Shown in pieces: positions 1-12,950 of a stretch of DNA of 64,000 bases (within the stretch, counting starts at the first letter, position 1; each line of letters opens with the position of its first letter). Source of the stretch: the human T2T-CHM13v2.0 reference genome, Homo sapiens; assembly GCF_009914755.1 (NCBI RefSeq), contig NC_060929.1. One strand, 5' to 3'. The notes beneath the pieces are model-generated. The model was not told the DNA's origin. It saw only the letters and a program-made list of their open reading frames with translations, and made no database searches. The position numbers were made by a program, and so were the translations under genes.

Positions 1-59
1 AAGACTGTCATCTCAAGGAAAACAACTGACAGTATTTTGTTATCAATAAAAAAAAAATG

Positions 60-330
60 TAAGCTTTCAACTAAGAGTTAGTGTTTTAGAAAACCATCCA
101 GTACTCTGAGCATGAAAACTTCACAATTAAGATGTTAAAAATAATGTTAATGTGATATTAGTGATTGTCATTTTATTTTATTGTACAATGAAATGTGTCA
201 CTACTTGGAAGGTCTGAATAACTCAGTAATGCAATATTTTCCAAATGTTCAAAGCATGATGTTACAAAATCATGAAAGTTTCATTTAAAGTGCAAGTTAG
301 GCCAATAGTTTTAATGTAACACAGTATATT
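60..330 (+). mobile_element. hAT-Charlie1 DNA transposon internal fragment
   Basis: Degenerate match to recalled Charlie1 sequence (ttggaaggtctgaataactcag...ttttccaaatg...atgatgttacaaaatcatg...aaagtgcaag...ttttaatgtaacacagtat). Confidence 0.6.
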
Positions 331-574
331 GAATAACAAATTTAAATAAAAGGCAAAAGACAAATTGAGAAAACTATTTCAACACATATTAACACTGTCA
401 GAAATAGCACTTTATATTATTTTAATAAGTATAATAGATCATTGAGTTATTTCTACTTGTTCGGGTATAGAAATGAAATAGTTTTTTTTTTTAAATTATT
501 GTTTGAAAATGTGCTGTGTCGAAATTTCTTTTTCATCCCTTAGCACACTCTTGGGCAGATTCCAAAATCTTCTG

Positions 575-885
<311 letters not shown>

Positions 886-1425
886 CTGGTTTTTTTTTTA
901 ATTAAATGTGTCCTGCATAGTTTCAAACCACCAGGTCATGTCTTCATTCCTAGTACTACCAAAAGCTGTGTTTCTGGCTACTGGGAGTGACTTCAAGAAA
1001 TGGGTAGAGGGATTAGAAAAATGCTACAAAAATAGTTCTTGAATAGCCAAAATAACTACTCTCTGAATTGTATTCTTCCTACTTCTTAGCAGTGTGCTTT
1101 GTATGGAGTGGAAGATGGGGGTGGGAAGATGCTGTAGGGCTATTTTGTAAACCTTGAGGGTAGAGAAAACTCTCTGTTCACAAATTTGATGGCATTTTTA
1201 TGTCTTTCTTTAGCATGTAGGATACTTGGCACCTCTGGACTTCAGCTTAAGTCTAAGCCTAGATTGAAGAGAGTAGAAAAGTCTACCTAACACCCTATTC
1301 TATAAGAAAAATACTAATACTACAATAGAAAAATGACAAAAGATCCTAAGCAGAAAATCCACAAAAATACAAATCACTAATAAACATTTGCAATCTTAGG
1401 AAATCCAAAATATTGTTGGACCAGT

Positions 1426-1773
1426 TGATATGGTTTGGCTGTGTCCCCACCCATATCTCATCTTGAATTCCCACATGTTGTGGGAGGGAAACAGTGGGAG
1501 GTAATTGAATCAAGAGGGCAGGTCTTTCCTGTGCCATTCTTGTGATAGTGAGTAAGTCTCATGAGATCTGATGGTTATTATAAGGGGGTGTTTTCCTGCA
1601 CAAGCTCTCTTTGCCTGCTTCCATCCATGTAAGACGTGACTTGCTCCCCCTTCCACCATGATTTTGAGGCCTCCCCAGCCATGTGGAACTGTGAGTCCAA
1701 TAAACTTCTTTCTTTTGTAAATCGCCCAGTATCTGGTATGCCTTTATCAGCAGCACGAAAACAGACAAATACA
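1426..1773 (+). mobile_element. THE1 (THE1A/B) MaLR solo LTR
   Basis: Starts tgatatggtttggctgtgtccccac, ends gacaaataca; perfect 5-bp TSD CCAGT (1421-1425 / 1774-1778); AATAAA near 1699. Confidence 0.93.
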
Positions 1774-1824
1774 CCAGTATGACAATTTTATATATCATAC
1801 TGCCATTAAAATTTATAATATCAA

Positions 1825-2135
<311 letters not shown>

Positions 2136-2550
2136 TCAAGCTTATGGATGATAGGCACTTTTCATACACTGCTGATGGATTTCAAATAAGAATAACCAGT
2201 TATGAGGAACAATTTGGGGACCCATGTCAAGAACCTGTGTCAATACAAATATATTCATACTCTTTGACCTACTAATTCCTTTTCCAAAAATTTACTCAAG
2301 AAAATAATCTTAGATACTGTATTAGTCAGTTTTGCATTGCTATAAAAAAAAACCTGAGATTGGGTAATTTATAAAGAGAAGGGGTTTAATTGGTTCACAG
2401 TTCTTCAGACCACACAAGAAGCATGATACAAGCATCTGCTTTTGGTGAGCCTCAGGTAGCTTACAATCATGACTGAAGTTGAAGGGGTAGCCACCATCTC
2501 ACATGGTGACAGTGGGAGCAAGAAAGTAGGGGAGGTACCACATGCTTTTA

Positions 2551-2745
<195 letters not shown>

Positions 2746-2749
2746 TCAC

Positions 2750-3013
2750 TTTTTTTAGCAGTGAGTAAGTCAAGGCCTTGGAGATTTTGGAGGAAAGAGA
2801 AATGCAAAGCCAGCAACTGTTTGTTAAAGAAGGATTAGAAATGGGTAGGAGAGAGTGAGATTGATAGTGTGGTGGAGATAGCTGGGGAGAGGTAGAGGGT
2901 AGCATAAGACAGGGAACCAGAATAAGAGTGAGTATAAAAGTAAAGAATAGGACTTCATCAGGGTGAAAGTATTGGAGGGTACCTTGCCACTGAAGATCTT
3001 CTATCCACTTCAA
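2750..3013 (-). pseudogene. env: HERV-H env remnant (SU CWLC motif joined to the TM immunosuppressive domain)
   Basis: Translations give NSCWLCISLSS followed, in an adjacent frame, by LQNLQGLDLLTAKK (compare LQNRRGLDLLTAEKGGLC), so most of env is internally deleted. Confidence 0.85.
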
Positions 3014-3049
3014 GAGAGACTTAAGAGTGGCGATTTGAGGTAAAACCAG

Positions 3050-5230
3050 GAGCCACTAAATACCAAGAGCCTAAGAAACTGCTTGGGTGATTTGACTAAT
3101 AAAGGCCGGTCCGTTATCAGACTGTATAGAGGTGGGAAGGCCAAACTGAGGAATTATATCTGACAGAAGGGAAGAAATGACCGCGGTGGCCTTCTCAGAC
3201 CCTGCGGGAAAGGCCTCTACCCACCCAGTGAAAGTGTCTACCCAGACCGAGAGTATTTTAGTTTCCTGACTTGAGGCATGTGAGTAAAGTCAATTAGACA
3301 GTCCTGGGCAGGGGCAAATCCCCGAGCTTGATGTGTAGGGAAGGGAAGCAGCTCGAACAATCCCTGAGGAGTAGTAGAATAGCAGATGGAACAACTGAGA
3401 AGTGATTTCCTTGAGGATAGATTTCCATGATGGAAAGGAAATGAGAGGTTCTAAGAGGCAGGCTAGCGGCTTGTAACCTACATGGAAGAGGTTATGAAAT
3501 GATGACAGAATAGAATGGGCCTGTGAGGCTGGAAGGAGATATTTTCCTTGGTCCAAGAACCATTTGCCTTGTGTGGGAAGAGATTGATAGGTGGAAATTT
3601 CAGCGGGGTAGTAGGTGGGAGTGGCCAGATGAGAAGGAGAAAAACTGCCGCGAGGGATAGAAGTTGGAATGCTAGCTGCTTTTTAGCTACCTTATAGCAT
3701 TGCCCTGAGCAATGGGATCTGATGCCTTTTGATGGGCCTTGCAGTGAATGACTCCAGCTTCCTTTGGAAGTAAAGTGGCCTTGAGAAGAGTTTTTATTAA
3801 AGAGGTATTAATGATGGAGGACCCTTGCATAGTGAGGAAATTTCTTTCTGCCCATATAACAGCATGGTGGTGCAGGATATGGAAGGCACATTTAGAGTCA
3901 GTATAAATATTGGCACGTAATTCCTTTCCAAGAGTGAGGGCTCGAGTTGAGGCAATGAGTTTGGCTTGCTGAGAGGTATTGGAGGGGGGCAGAGCGGTAA
4001 CCTGAATGATAGATGTGGAAGATACTATAGCATAGCCTGCCTTTTCTGGTATGTGGCGATTAGGCCTGGTGGAACTGCCATCAATAAGCCAAGTGTGATC
4101 TGGGTGAGGAACATGAAAGAAGGAAATACAGGGAAATGGAGTGAATGTCAGGTGGATCAGAGAGATACAGTCATGAGGGGTGGGGGCCAGCCTAAAACAG
4201 TAAGGTCAAATTGTTTGGACAGAAAGACTACAGGGCATGGTCCCGGCTCTTGTGTAAGAATTTTGACTGCGCAGCCCTGTACTTTGGCTGTGTGTAATGA
4301 AAAGGGTTGGGATGAGTTAGGGAGAGCCAGCGTGGGGGCCGCTTCTAGGGCTGTTTTTAAGTAACGGAAAGAGGAGTGGCAAAAGGATTTAGGATCTGTG
4401 GGGTCAGCTAGGTTTGCTTTTGTGAGTTTACATAATGGTTTAGTCAGGATGGTAAAACTAGGTACCCAAAGGTGGAAGTACCTAACCATGCCTAGGAAGG
4501 AAAGGAGTTGTTGTTTTGTAGAAGGGATTGGGGTTTGGGAGATTAGCTGGACACGATCAGCAGGGAGAGCACGTGTGTTTTCATGAGAATTATGCTGAGA
4601 TAGGTAACAGACGAGGAAGAAATTTGGGCTTGACTGAAGTAATGGGGGCTGTCTGTGAAGCCTTGGGCAGTATGGCCCAGGTAATTTGCTGAGCCTGATG
4701 GGTGTCAGGGTCAGTCCAAGTGAAAGTGGAGAGAGGCTGCGATGAAGGGTGCAAAGGAATAGTAAAGAAAGCATGTTTGAGATCCAGAACAGAATAATGG
4801 GTTGTGGAGGGAGGTATTGAGGATGGGAGAGTATATGGGTTTGGCACCACGGGGTGGATAGGCAAAACAATTTGGTTGATAAGGCACAGATCCTGAACTA
4901 ACCTGTAAGACTTGTCCGGTTTTTCGACAGGTACAATGGGGGAATTTTAAGGAGAGTTTATAGGCTTTAAAAGGCCACGCTGTAACATACAAGTGATAAC
5001 AGGCTTTAATCCTTTTAAAGCGTGCTGTGGGATGGGATGTTGGCACTGAGCGGGGTAAGGGTTATTAGGTTTTAATGGGATGGTAAGGGGTGCATGATTT
5101 GTCACCAAGGAGGGAGTAGAGGTATCCCATACTTGTGGGGGTTAAGGTGGAGAGATACGAGAGGAGGATGCGAAGGAGGCTTTGAACTGGGGCAAAAGGT
5201 GGCAATGAGGTGTGGCTGTAGCCTGGGAAT
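3050..5230 (-). pseudogene. pol: HERV-H pol remnant (RT, RNase H and IN pieces with deletions and frameshifts)
   Basis: PIHPVVPNPYTL...HYSVLDLKHAFFTIPLHP...FTWTDPDT; QLLSFLGMVRYF; LKTALEAAPTLALP...VFLSKQFD. Boundaries approximate. Confidence 0.88.
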
Positions 5231-5232
5231 AT

Positions 5233-5538
5233 TTAGTTAAAATGTCTCGACCTAATAAGGGAGCTAATCAGGTGGGGATAACTAAAAAAGAGTGCATAAA
5301 AGAATGTTGTCCAAGTTGGCACCAGAGTGAGGGAGTTTTTAAGGGGTTTAGAAGCCTGGCTGTCAATAACCACAAGAGTTATGGGGGCAAGGGAAACAGG
5401 CCCTTGAAAAGAAAGTAATGTGGAGTGGGTAGCCTCTGTATTGATTAAGAAGGGGACAGACTTACCCTCCACTGTAAGAGTTACCCAAAGCTTGGTGTCC
5501 GTGATGGTCTGGGGGCTTCTGAGGGGATCAGTCAGCAT
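5233..5538 (-). pseudogene. pro: HERV-H protease remnant
   Basis: VTLTVEGKSVPFLINTEATHSTL; the catalytic DTGA motif has degenerated to NTEA. Confidence 0.85.
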
Positions 5539-5579
5539 CAGTCTTCAGCAGCTAAGCCAAGTAGATCTGGGAAGGAGTC

Positions 5580-6730
5580 AGTCAGAGAGCCTTGGGCCAA
5601 AGTTCCAGGGGCTCTGGAAGTGACTGCCAGGTGAGTTGAACAGTCCGATTTTCAGTGGGGTCCCACACAGATGGGACACAGCTTGGGAGGAATCCTGGGC
5701 TGCGGGCATTCCTTGGCCCAGTGGCCAGATTTCTGGCACTTGAAGGGAACTCCTGGGGGAGGAGCTTCTGGAGGAACCCCTGGCAGCTGCAGTTCAGGCA
5801 TTTGGAGTTCTTGTGTGCTGGAGATGTGCTTGGGGTTTTTCTCACAGTGGAGGCAAGGAATTGCAACTCAGAAATACATTGCTACTTGGCTGCCTCTACT
5901 CTATTACTGTACACCTTGAAGGCGAGGTTGATTAAGTCCTGTTGTGGGGTTTGAGGGCCGGAATCTAATTTTTTGGAGCTTTTTCTAATGTCGGGAGCAG
6001 ACTGGGTAATAAAGTGCATATTGAGAATAAGACGGCCTTCCTCTGGGTCTAGGACCATAAAGCATCTAAGGGTTGTTGCCAAACAGGCCATGAACTGGGC
6101 TGGGTTTTTATATTTGATGAAAAAGAGCCTAAATGCTAACTGATTTGGGAGACGTCAGATAAAGAAAAAAGGAGCATTAACCTTGACTATGCCTTTAGCT
6201 CCAGCCACCTCTTTAAGGGGAAATTGTTGGGCAGGTTGGGGAGGGCTAGTCGAGGAAAGAAACTGTAAGCCAGACCAGGTGTGGGGAGGGGAGGTAATAG
6301 AAGGATTATAGGGTAGGGGAGCAGAGGCTGAAGAAGAGCTGGAGCCTGATTCAGCCTGGCGGGGAGAAACCTGAGGTGGAGCAGTCTGGGGAGGAGGTAA
6401 GAGGTCAGATAGGTCAGTAGAAAAGGAAGATTCACAGGATTCAGAGCTTGGGGTGGAGACTGAAGGAACAGACAGGAGAGAAAGAAGAAAGATTTGGGAC
6501 AAGTCGCATTGGGAGCAGAGACTAGGGAGGGACCAATGTGTAAAAGAATGCCTGGGGACGTCAGGCACCTCAGACAATTTGCCCATTTTTTTGACAAAAA
6601 TTATCTAGATCTTGTAGGATGGAGAAATTAAAAGTGCTATTTTCTGGCCATTTAGAACCATTATTGAGTTTGTATTGGGGCCAAGTGGTATTGCAGAAGA
6701 AAATAAGGCATGTAAGTTTTAGGTCAGGTG
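5580..6730 (-). pseudogene. gag: HERV-H gag remnant
   Basis: MGKLSEVPDV; FPLKEVAGAKGIVKVNAPF; FITQSAPDIRK...GPQTPQQDLINLAFKVY; degenerate zinc knuckle (FKCQKSGHWAKEC) near 5720-5760. Confidence 0.85.
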
Positions 6731-6849
6731 AGAGTTGAAGAGGTTTTAAGCTCTTGAGAACACAGGCTTAGGGAGAAGAAAGGGGAATGGAGGGCAGAAG
6801 TTTGCCCATAGTAAAGGAGGTAAGTTTAAAAAGAAAGGTACAGACATGG

Positions 6850-7050
6850 AGAGAATGGGTGGAGACATGGGGAGAAGGGGTGGGGGGTGCTTGCCTCCCA
6901 GGAAAGGGGAGAAGGGGTGGAGACACGGAGAGAAGGGGTGGGGACACGGAGAGAAGGGGTGGGGGGTGCTTGCCCCCCAGGAAAGTGGAGAAGGGGTAGA
7001 GACACGGACAGAAGGGGTCGGGGGGTGCTTGCCCCCCAGAAAAGTGGTGC
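6850..7050. repeat. G-rich tandem repeat in the HERV-H leader (three gggggtgcttgcc(c/t)ccca units with ggagaaggggt spacers)
   Basis: Directly visible repeated units. Confidence 0.8.
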
Positions 7051-7476
7051 TTGCTGCTAAAGGTGAAAGACCAAGGAAGGCATCCCCACATGGTCAGACA
7101 CCTCTGAAACATGGGTGAATAATCAGGCAGGCATCCCTGCAATGATTAAATAGCAAGGGAAGGCTGCCTTCCCGGGTCACACTGGAGTTTTGGGTCCACA
7201 GATAAAATGTGTCTCCTTTGTCTCTACCAGAAAATGAAAGGAATTGAAATTAAGAGAAGGGAGAGACTGAAGGGTGGTGCCAAGACTGAAAGGAGAAAGA
7301 GGTTGAGGGATAGTGAGAGAGGTTGGAGAAGAGAGTAAAAAGAGGCCGCTTACCTGATTTAAAATCGGTGAGATGTTCCTTGGGCTGGTTGGTCTGAGGA
7401 CCCAAGGTCATAGGTGGATTTCCTCACGGAGTGAGGGTGAGGACAGGGGACTGGTCTCCTGAAGGAGTCTCACTGA

Positions 7477-7494
7477 CCTGGGTCTTCGGCACCA
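7477..7494 (-). promoter_or_regulatory. Primer binding site TGGTGCCGAAGACCCAGG
   Basis: Starts with TGG 2 nt downstream of the LTR's terminal CA. Confidence 0.85.
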
Positions 7495-7496
7495 AG

Positions 7497-7928
7497 TGTC
7501 TCATGTGTCCATGTGAAGAGACCACCAAACAGGCTTTGTGTGAGCAACAAGGCTGTTTATTTCACCTGGGTGCAGGCGGGCTGAGTCTGAAAAGAGAGTC
7601 AGCAAAGGGTGGTGGATTATCATTAGTTCCTATAGGTTTTGGGATAGGCAGCGGAGTTAGGAGCAATATTTTGCTGGCAGGGGGTGGATCTCACAAAGTA
7701 CATTCTCAAGGGTGGGGAGAATTACAAAGAACCTTCTTAAGGGTGGGGGAGATGACAAAGTACATTGATCAGTTAGGGTGGGGCAGAAACAAATCACAAT
7801 GGTGGAATGTCATCAGTTAAGGCTATTTTCACTTCTTTTGTGGATCTTCAGTTGCTTCAGGCCATCTGGATGTATACGTGCAGGTCACAAGGGATATGAT
7901 GACTTAGCTTGGGTTCAGAGGCCTGACA
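7497..7928 (-). mobile_element. HERV-H 5' LTR, LTR7B (type II)-like
   Basis: Minus strand reads TGTCAGGCCTCTGAACCCAAGCTAAG...cccaccctt repeats...AATAAACAGCCTTGTTGCTCACACAAAGCC...CA; 432 bp. Confidence 0.9.
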
Positions 7929-8264
7929 AATTTCTTCTGCCAGATACCCTAAGTCATCACTCTTAAGTTCAAACTTCCACAGATCCCTAGGGCATGAACA
8001 CAATGCAGCAAAGTTCTTTGATAAGGAGTAACATGGGTTACCTTTATTCCAGTTCCAAATAAATTCCTTATTTTCATCTGAGATCTTGTTAGCTTGGCCT
8101 TCACTGTTTATATTTCTATCAGCATTTTGGTTATAACTACTCTGTAAGTCTCTAAGAAGTTCCAAACTTTCCCTTGTCTTCTTGTCTTCTGAGATCTTCA
8201 ACCTCTCCTGTTACCCAGTTTCAAAGCCACTTTCACATTTTCAGGTATCTTTAAAGCAACACCA

Positions 8265-8580
<316 letters not shown>

Positions 8581-9749
8581 TAGTTTTGGTACCAATTTTC
8601 TTTATTAGTTTTGTATTGCTATAAAAATTTACCTGAGACTCGGTAATTTATAAAGAAAAGAAGTTTAATTGATTCACTGTACACTACAGACCATACAAGA
8701 AGCATGGTGCTAGTATCTGCTTCTGGTGAGGTCCTCAGGAAGCTTACAATCATTGTGAAAGGGAAAGGGGTACTGGCATCTCATGGTGAGAGTGGGAGCA
8801 AGAAAGAGGTTGGGGAGGTGCCACATACTTTTAAACAACCATATTTTCATTATAACTCACTTACTATCATGAGTACAGTACATGGCATGACGGGTCCACC
8901 CCCATGACCCAAACACATCTCACCAGGCCCCACCTCTAACATTGGGCATTGTATTTCAACATGACATTTGGAGGGACAAATATCCAAACCATATCAGATA
9001 CTATCAAGGATATATGAGCAAAGATAATCTTCATGAAATTATGAGAGTAAAGATTACAACCGTTTAAATAACCATAGAGAACCGTTAAATAAATTATGGT
9101 GTACCTATATGAATAAAATGTTATATAACCAATAAAATGCTTTTGAATAATTGGTTAATATATAACTTTCTCAGAGTACAATATATTTTAAATGAATAAA
9201 GTGGAACAAAATATTGAATGCATACTATGATTTCAATATTATTTATTAATGCATAAACATACAAAAGTAGAGAAAATGTTTCTATGATGATATATTAAAT
9301 CGATAAAGTGGAATATAAGATTGAATGAATAGATTGTTTGCTTTTTAAACCTCATAACATATAAAGATGATTGGGAGAAAAATGCTGTACCATCATATTT
9401 ATTATTTATATAATTAAGATTCATTAAAATTAGATCATCTTTCTAATAATGAAAGTCATTGGTGTTTTTTATGTTTTACTAGATTATTCAAGTGTATTTA
9501 CCAATTAGGAGATAATAGCATAATGTCACTAAAAATATTTATTGAGTACTTACACTTATGTCATTGCTAACCTATTAAATATCAACAGATAAGACATATT
9601 CTCTGTTTAAAGCCTAGACTGAGGAAGAGAATATATACATACAAGGGTATGTATTGCTTTTTAAACCTCATAACCCACAGAATATAACAAATCATTAGTA
9701 CTAAGAATACAAGAAATGATATAGGAGTTCAAATTTCAAGGAATAATTA

Positions 9750-10067
9750 TTTTTACTTTTTATTCTTTTTTAAGATGTAGTCTCACTCTGTTGCCTAGGC
9801 TGGAGTGTAGTGGCTAGATCTCTGCTCACTGCTGCAACCTCTGCCTCCTGGGTTCAAGCGATTCTCCTGCCTCAGCCTCCTGAGTAGCTGGAATTACAGG
9901 CACCCACGACCACTCCCAGCTAATTTTTTTTTGTGTGTGTATTTTTTAGTAGAGACAAGGTTTCACCATGTTGGCCAGGCTGTTCTAGAATTCCTGACTT
10001 CAAGTGATCTGCCCATCTCGGCCTCCCAAAGTGCTGGGATTACAGGTGTGAGCCACCGTGCCTGGCC
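9750..10067 (-). mobile_element. AluS (within an L2-like fragment)
   Basis: Full antisense Alu. Confidence 0.93.
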
Positions 10068-10211
10068 CAGTTTTTAAAAGAGACAGTGGCAACAGAGGAA
10101 AGTAAGATGTGACTGGGCTTCTAAAAATGAATAGAATTTTTTTTAAAGAGCAAAAAGGGGAGAAATAGAAGCAGAAGAAATAATATCAACAGAAGCTTAA
10201 AATGTGGCAGT

Positions 10212-10646
10212 TGTATTAGTTTCCTAAGTTTGCTGTAACAACAAAAAATACTGGAGAGCTAGGTGGCTTAAAACAGTAGAAAAGTATTATCTCACAGTTT
10301 AGAAATCAGAAATCAAGGTGTTGGCCGGGCCATGCTTCCTCCGAAAGCTTCAGAAGAATCCTTCCTTGCCTCTTCCTAGCTTCTGGGTTTGCTGGCAATC
10401 TGTGGCATTCCTTTGCTTGCAGATGCGTCACTTCAATCCTCCTTCTTCACATGATGTTCTCCCTGCCTTTACATCATCTTCCTTCTGTTCGTGTCTGTCT
10501 CTGTGTCCAAATTTCCACCTTAATGACCTCATTTTAACTTGGTTACCTCTGTGAAAACTCTATTTCCAAACATGGGAAGATTCTGAGGTATTAGGGGTTA
10601 GGACTTCAACGTACGTTTATTGCAGGATACAATTGAACCCATAATA
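10212..10646 (-). mobile_element. MLT1 (B/C-like) solo LTR
   Basis: tgtattagtttcct...ggcttaaaacag...aatcaaggtgttggc...aatgacctcattttaactt...ggacttcaac. Confidence 0.8.
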
Positions 10647-10790
10647 TTTTATTTTTACTTTTTTTTTTTTTTAGAGATGGGATTTTATTATCTTGGCCAG
10701 GCTGGTCTCAAAACTCCTGGCCTGAAGTGAACAGCGTGCCTTGGCTTCCCAAAGTGCTGGGATTATAGGCATGAACCACTGCACCTGGCC
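10647..10790 (-). mobile_element. Alu left monomer / FLAM
   Basis: Single Alu arm with a poly(T) tail. Confidence 0.85.
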
Positions 10791-11567
10791 AGAAACTTCT
10801 TATATAGCAATGATTTGAGAGTAATAGGATTAAGTTTAGAGTGAGCTACTAGGGTGGGGCATAAAGAACTTTGAATACTAGGCTGAGGAAATTAATTTTA
10901 AAAAATACAGGTAGGTGATGAAGAGCCACTGAAAATGTTCAAGAAGTAGGACTGAACTCGTGCAACTCCCTTACTCTCTTGGCAAGCTCTCACTGAAGTA
11001 ACTGGAAAGCTTTATCTTTGGTTTTGTTTGTTTTTGGTAATGAAAACGTTAACTTCACTTTTAAACAGGTAAGATATGAGGAATACATGGGAGGTAGAAA
11101 GCAAATGGTGTCAAAAAGACAGAGAAAGAACACAGGAAGCAGCAGCATGGAATGGTGGAGGGAAGCCCTGCTCTCTCTAGAAGTTCTGGGCTGAATCCAT
11201 ACAAAACAAAACAACACAACAACAAAAAACTGGGTCATGGAGAAATCTGCAACGTTTTATGTATAAAAGGTGCCAAAAATTTCCATGAACTGGAAAGTCT
11301 ATTCAAAATTTACACTGAAGACATTGTCCAGTGACTGTAACTGTGGTGACTCATCACATAAAACCTATAATGAGCTTCCTTTTCACAGACCACATGTTGG
11401 GCACTTATCCTTGATATATGGCTTTAGTATGACATCATTCTCATTTAAGAACAACTTTATTTCTGGAAAACTGTACTCTGTACAAATTATCTGTTGCCAT
11501 TTTGCATGAAATCAGTGCAAAAGCCTCTCATCATAATACTAAATGCCTTCTTAAAGTTTCTGTCAGG

Positions 11568-11743
11568 GGCCAGGCATGGTGGCACCTGCCTGTAGTCACA
11601 GCTACTCGGGAGGCTGAGGTGAGAGGATCACTTGAGCCCAGGAGTTCCAGGCAGCAGTGAGCTATGATCATGCCACTCCACTCCAGTCTGCATGACAGAA
11701 TGAGACCCTGTTTCTATAAAGAAAAACAAAGACAAAACAAAAA
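11568..11743 (+). mobile_element. FAM/FRAM monomeric Alu
   Basis: Monomer with gagctatgatcatgccact and an A-rich tail. Confidence 0.85.
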
Positions 11744-12046
11744 CTCTATCAGTGCAAATCCAACCTAATTACTTAATTATATTTCCAAAGTTTGAATTCT
11801 GGAGGCAAGCACACACTTGACAGGGCAAGGTACAGAGCTTTTATAGAGGCTTGACCCTTCTCCCACATGAAATAATCAGGATTCCTGCTCTCTGCATTCA
11901 TCTCTGAAGCAGTCACAGGAAGGGGACTTTGGAAAGTCAACTAGTTTTATAACTAAATCTCATTTAGATGTAGTACTTTATATATTTTTAGTGACTGGAA
12001 ATGCCTTATTTTTGTCTAAAAAATTTCAGAGTATTATTATTAAGTG

Positions 12047-12165
12047 TTTAGAAACAGGGTCTTGCTATGTTGTCAAAACTGTATTCGAACTCCTGGTCTC
12101 AAGCAATCCTTCCTCCTCAGCCCCCCAGATAGGTGGGATTACAGGTGCATGGCACGACACTCTGC
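12047..12165 (-). mobile_element. FLAM-like Alu monomer
   Basis: cagggtcttgctatgttg...ctcaagcaatcctt...gggattacagg. Confidence 0.75.
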
Positions 12166-12824
12166 TAAACATTTCAGATTTATTAGACAAGTTACAAAAT
12201 ATTGAGAGAAAAATACAATAAGCAAATTTTCTGATTGTGATTAATTGCTGAGATCTTATATAAGCAGGAAAACTGCTTCATATATCTCTATTCTTTGCAA
12301 TGGTAATTATTTCCCTGTAGCTAAGTTTATTACAAGAAAGGAAGACGTATTCAGATACATATTTATTTGGCTGTCTGTCAGTAGGGGAAGAAGGTAAATC
12401 TGTATGAATGATGATTTAGTCTAACTTTCATATCTGCTTTCAAATTTTAATTGAACCTGAATCTAACTGTCCTCCCTCACCTCCTCCATCCTTCCCTTCA
12501 ACTGAAAGCTTGAGGATAATAAATATAACTCTCTTTGTACTCCAAAGAGATAATTTCAAATTCATGGAGAAAATGGGTTAAATGGCAGGTCAGCATGGAA
12601 GAGATTAGTACATGGCTAATACCCTATGATGGTGGGACTCAGATCCAGACCAGATGTATTTCTATAAGTAATTGTGTAGAAAAAGGTCTCAGAGACGTTT
12701 TAATAGTTGGGTTCATTTATGGCAATTTAATTATTCTCTAGGTTGGCCTGGTTAATCTAGGAGCAAATCTCTTATATGGTTCAATCTAGAGTAGATCTAA
12801 TCACCCTTTATTTAAAAACTATTT

Positions 12825-12950
12825 CTTTTATTTTTTAGTAGAGATGAGGTCTTGCTATGTTGCCCAGGCTGCTCACTCCTAGCCCAAATGATCCTCCCTC
12901 CTCAGCCTCCCAAAGTGCTGGGATTACAGGCATGAGGCACCACACCTGGC
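12825..12950 (-). mobile_element. FLAM-like Alu monomer
   Basis: gtagagatgaggtcttgctatgttgcccagg...cccaaagtgctgggattacagg. Confidence 0.8.

Larger units (their letters stand above)
2750..7928 (-). mobile_element. HERV-H provirus, defective; 3' LTR absent
   Basis: LTR7-type LTR, PBS, leader and gag/pro/pol/env remnants lie in canonical order on the minus strand, all frames interrupted. Confidence 0.95.

Noticed and set aside
4157-4870. 237-aa ORF, the longest in the track
   Set aside because: Only its C-terminal half is in the pol frame. It is a frameshifted, deleted HERV-H pol piece lacking the YxDD region, not a functional gene.
6850-7050. Spaced repeats resembling a CRISPR-like array
   Set aside because: Eukaryotic ERV leader; the spacers are themselves repetitive and there are no cas genes.
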